Shown here one piece after another: positions 60,416 through 64,000 of a DNA stretch of 64,000 nucleotides. The translations under genes were made by a program, and so were the position numbers. Under the pieces are notes generated by a model. That model was not told the origin of the DNA. It searched no databases and saw nothing but the letters and a program-made list of their open reading frames with translations. This DNA is from Chryseobacterium gleum (lineage in GTDB: Bacteria > Bacteroidota > Bacteroidia > UBA10329): assembly GCA_945903645.1 (NCBI GenBank), contig CAMDOM010000013.1:485-64484 (forward strand), written 5' to 3'. Each line of letters starts with the position of its first letter. Positions within the stretch are counted from its first letter, which is position 1.

Positions 60416-61147
60416 ATGCGCGCACTTCTCCTCAAAGAGATAAACAGCTTTCTAAATTCATTGATTGGATACATCGTTATTGGTGTATTCCTACTGTTTG
60501 TGGGCTTATTTATGTGGGTTTTGCCCACCGATGCCAATGTGTTGGAGAATGGTTATGCCGATTTGAGCACATTGTTTACCGTTGCTCCATGGGTGTTTCT
60601 TTTTCTTATTCCAGCTATCACCATGCGCAGTTTTGCGGATGAGAAAAGCACGGGCACCATTGAATTGCTGCACACACGGCCCATCAGCGATTTGCAGATT
60701 ATTCTAGCCAAGTATTTCGCAGGGGTTTTTCTTGTGGTTTTCTCGCTTTTGCCCACCTTAATCTACTATTTCTCTTTACATCAATTGGGAAATCCTACGG
60801 GAAACATTGATACGGGAAGCATGTGGGGCTCCTACATCGGTCTGTTGCTACTGGGTGCTGGGTTCACGTCTATTGGCATTTTTAGCTCGGCCATAACCAG
60901 CAATCAAATCATCAGTTTCATATTGGCCATTTTTTTGTGTTGGGCGCTGTGGATTGGCATTGAGTCTATCGCATCCTTTCAGTTCTTGGGCTCATGGGAT
61001 TTCTTGCTCCTCAAAATCGGCATCAACAGCCATTACAGCAGTCTTAGTAGGGGAGTGGTAGACACCCGCGATGTGCTCTATTTCCTTAGCCTGATTGTCA
61101 TTTTCATCATGATGACGCGCACCATACTCGAAAGCAGAAAATGGTAA
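60416..61147 (+). CDS. gldF: Gliding motility ABC transporter permease GldF
   Basis: KEINSF, PAITMRSFADEKSTGTIELL, RGVVDTRD. Confidence 0.92.
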   Translation: MRALLLKEINSFLNSLIGYIVIGVFLLFVGLFMWVLPTDANVLENGYADLSTLFTVAPWVFLFLIPAITMRSFADEKSTGTIELLHTRPISDLQIILAKYFAGVFLVVFSLLPTLIYYFSLHQLGNPTGNIDTGSMWGSYIGLLLLGAGFTSIGIFSSAITSNQIISFILAIFLCWALWIGIESIASFQFLGSWDFLLLKIGINSHYSSLSRGVVDTRDVLYFLSLIVIFIMMTRTILESRKW

Positions 61148-62865
61148 AAGGAGCGCGTTTTCGAGATATTCTTCAACTGTTAATCATCCTTGGCATTGTG
61201 GCAGTGCTCAATGTGTTGGGTGGCTACTTTTTTGCACGCTTCGACCTTACTACAGAGAAACGCTACACGCTTACGTCCACGTCCAAAGACCTCTTAAAAG
61301 GCTTGGATGATGTGGTGTATGTGAAAGTGTATTTGGATGGCGAGCTTCCCGCAGGTTTCCGCAGATTGCGCGACCGCACGCGCGAAACCTTGGATGAATT
61401 TCGTGCTTACAGTGGCAATCGTATCGAGTATCAGTTCATCAATCCTACCGACCAACCCAACGAGCAAAGCCGCAACGACCTCTATCGCCAATTGGCCAAA
61501 GAAGGCATCGCGCCAACTAACATTCAGATTAAGGAAAACGATGGGGTAGAGCAGAAGCTCATTTTTCCTGGGGCTTTGCTCACCTACAAAGGCCGTCAGG
61601 TGTCTTTACAGCTGCTGAAAAGCCAAATGGGCGCAGCGCCAGAGCAAATGCTCAACAGCTCGGTGGAGGATTTGGAATATGAGATTACCAATGCCATTCG
61701 CAAAGCAAGTTCCATTCGAGAAGAAAGTATCGCTTTTATTGAAGGGCATAATGAATTGACAGCTAGAAAGGTAGCTGACATATCAAAGTCGCTTGCCGAA
61801 TACTATCGTGTGGATAGAGTGGAAATAAAAGGCCGCCTAAATAGCCTTGTGGACCGCGAGGAAAAGAATGGCGCAACAGAGGTAAGTCCGAAATACAAGG
61901 CCATCATCATTGCCAAGCCCGATTCCACGTTTAGCGACCAAGACAAGTTTATTATTGACCAATATGTGATGCATGGAGGCCGCGTGCTGTGGCTTATAGA
62001 GCCGTTGCTGTGCAATATGGATAGCCTACAATATGCGCCATCCACGTTGGCCTTGCCTATTACGGTCAATTTGGAGGATATGCTTTTCGCCTATGGCGTT
62101 CGTGTAAATACCGATTTGCTTCAAGATGCCCGCTGCGCCAGCATTCCTGGTCCATCGGGCTATGTGGGTCAGCAATTGCAGTGGGCGTTGCAACCGTGGG
62201 TATATTTTCCGTTGGTTATTCCCACAAGCGACCATCCTGTAGTGAAAAACCTCAACGGAATTAAGTTCGAATTTGCCTCAAGTATCGACACGATTGCCGT
62301 GCGTAACATTCGCAAAACGATACTCTTGAGCACATCCGAGCGGTCGAGGTCGTTGCGCACTCCCGTTCGCGTTAGCCTCGAAACCATGCTGCAAGAACCC
62401 AAACCACAGCAGTTCAACCAGCGCCACATTCCTGTTGCAGTGCTTTTGGAAGGGAAGTTTGAAAGCGTTTTCCGCAATCGCCTTCCGCCAACAATTCGGG
62501 ATAGCAAGGAAATAGCGTTTCTCGAAAAAGGCGTAGAAAGCAAAATGATTGTGGTGTCGGATGGAGATGTTATCCGCAACCATGTGAACCCTGATGGCAC
62601 GTATATGCCCTGCGGTTTCGACCGTTTTTCGCAGCAGATGTATGGCAATAGCAAGTTTTTGCTCAATGCTGTAAACTACTTGTGTGACGATGTAGGCATG
62701 ACCGCCATTCGCTCGCGGGCGTTGGAAATTCGATTGCTCGACCGTAAACGCATTGATGCCGAACGGGCAGCATGGCAAGCAGTAAACATGGTAGTTCCTA
62801 TTGGTTTGGTCTTACTTTTTGGTGTGATAAACGCGTATTTCCGCAAGCGTAGGTACGCCAATTAA
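61141..62865 (+). CDS. gldG: Gliding motility ABC transporter auxiliary protein GldG
   Basis: RFDLTTEKRYTL, LEYE, DQYVMHGG, N.KFLLNAVNYL. Confidence 0.92.
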   Translation: MVKGARFRDILQLLIILGIVAVLNVLGGYFFARFDLTTEKRYTLTSTSKDLLKGLDDVVYVKVYLDGELPAGFRRLRDRTRETLDEFRAYSGNRIEYQFINPTDQPNEQSRNDLYRQLAKEGIAPTNIQIKENDGVEQKLIFPGALLTYKGRQVSLQLLKSQMGAAPEQMLNSSVEDLEYEITNAIRKASSIREESIAFIEGHNELTARKVADISKSLAEYYRVDRVEIKGRLNSLVDREEKNGATEVSPKYKAIIIAKPDSTFSDQDKFIIDQYVMHGGRVLWLIEPLLCNMDSLQYAPSTLALPITVNLEDMLFAYGVRVNTDLLQDARCASIPGPSGYVGQQLQWALQPWVYFPLVIPTSDHPVVKNLNGIKFEFASSIDTIAVRNIRKTILLSTSERSRSLRTPVRVSLETMLQEPKPQQFNQRHIPVAVLLEGKFESVFRNRLPPTIRDSKEIAFLEKGVESKMIVVSDGDVIRNHVNPDGTYMPCGFDRFSQQMYGNSKFLLNAVNYLCDDVGMTAIRSRALEIRLLDRKRIDAERAAWQAVNMVVPIGLVLLFGVINAYFRKRRYAN

Positions 62866-62900
62866 GCTGCCTTTAACGAGTTTTTAACCCTCAATTTGCA

Positions 62901-63920
62901 ATGAAGAAGAACATCATTGGTTTAGTAATTCTTGCAATTCTGGGTGCCTTTGCTTATTACGTTATTCAGCAGCGCGGGCAAGGCACCATGAAACCTGCCC
63001 TCCACAATTTTGCCGTGGAAGACACCACCAGCGTTACCAAAATCTTCTTGGCCGATAAATACGGTCGCAAAGTGCTTTTGGAGCGTAAAAGTGCGATTGA
63101 ATGGCAAGTGAATGGCCAATTCAAAGCCCGAAAAGACCTTGTGGACGTGCTAATGCGCACCATTGCTCGGGTAGAAATGAAAGCACCCGTGGCCCAATCT
63201 GCCCACAACACCATTGTGAGACTGATGGCTGGGAAATCGGTGAAAGTGGAAATTTATGCTGGTGACGACCGCGTGAAAACCTATTTCGTGGGCGATGCCA
63301 CCAACGATAATATGGGCACTTACATGTTGCTGGAAGGCAGCAGCGATCCGTTTATTTGCCACATGCCTGGCTTTGTGGGCTATCTCACTCCGCGCTATGT
63401 TGCCGATGCGCTGGTGTGGCGCGATACGGAAGTTTTCGCCAACAGGCTTCCGCAAATAGCCGAACTCGACATCGACTATCACGAATATCCCGAAAAGTCG
63501 TTTCGAATCAAGCGCAGCAAGAAAGGCGTGTTTGAATTGATGAGCTTGCTGCCTGCACCAAAGTCGGTTGGGGTATTCGATACGGTAGAAGTGATGCGTT
63601 ACCTTTTGGGCTACGACAATATCCGCTTCGAAACCGTGCAAGCCTATGACGCCCATCGGGTGGATAGCATCGTGAATTCGCGTTGGTATTACAAAATAAA
63701 GCTAACGGAGCCCAATGGTAAAGTGCGCACCGTAACTACCTACCGCATTCCTTCCGATCCCGATGAAGTTGATTTCAACGGCCAACCAATGGATTGGGAT
63801 CCCGACCAAATGCATGCCGTGATAAATGGCAATACCAAAGAGATTGTATTGGCACAATTCCACTCGTTTGATAGGCTCACCGTGGATTATACCCGCTTTG
63901 TAGGCGCTCCCAAGAAATGA
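62901..63920 (+). CDS. DUF4340-like protein downstream of gldG
   Basis: N-terminal TM; GTYMLL...MPGFVGYL.PRY...WRD. Confidence 0.7.
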   Translation: MKKNIIGLVILAILGAFAYYVIQQRGQGTMKPALHNFAVEDTTSVTKIFLADKYGRKVLLERKSAIEWQVNGQFKARKDLVDVLMRTIARVEMKAPVAQSAHNTIVRLMAGKSVKVEIYAGDDRVKTYFVGDATNDNMGTYMLLEGSSDPFICHMPGFVGYLTPRYVADALVWRDTEVFANRLPQIAELDIDYHEYPEKSFRIKRSKKGVFELMSLLPAPKSVGVFDTVEVMRYLLGYDNIRFETVQAYDAHRVDSIVNSRWYYKIKLTEPNGKVRTVTTYRIPSDPDEVDFNGQPMDWDPDQMHAVINGNTKEIVLAQFHSFDRLTVDYTRFVGAPKK

Positions 63921-64000
63921 TTTCGAAGAGTATTCCTTACTTTTCAACATGCCTACCCGAGTGCTTAGCGTTCGGTTATATTTGCGTGCCGCAATAAAAA

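Overview
Chromosomal window from a Bacteroidota bacterium, probably Flavobacteriales-like: it has gldF/gldG/gldI gliding genes, TonB-dependent receptors, a T9SS-type C-terminal domain, short-form CarB and TAnnTTTG promoter boxes. Most of it is housekeeping: kynU, an XRE-S24 regulator with dinB, ndk, DHH, FKBPs, beta-oxidation enzymes, carB, YfhO, a TetR-TolC-MFP-RND efflux operon, a VWA/AAA pair, mpl, hom, a P1B ATPase and gldFG. Three regions are not explained by ordinary annotation. (1) About 37.6-47.3 kb is an accessory tract. It starts with a type IIG R-M fragment and a REP-associated tyrosine transposase with its own REPs. It continues as single-gene or TA-pair cassettes (nuclease, MazF TA, Fic, HEPN-MNT, lipoprotein, M1 peptidase) separated by about 11 co-oriented copies of a degenerate CCCC-AGC-nGG-ACTAAGTGTTCC...GCTCGTTGCA repeat that often starts right at the upstream stop codon. 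Two unrelated cassettes share the same promoter/leader. (2) About 51.6-52.4 kb holds an unannotated Cys-rich leader peptide with a full terminator/antiterminator attenuator. It sits upstream of a sulfite-reductase pseudogene and hom, next to an IS3 remnant. (3) About 1.9-3.0 kb has a PAS gene truncated at a stray copy of the mnmE 3' end, followed by a lipoprotein gene with an in-frame TGA. All calls are by eye from motifs; no database searches were run.
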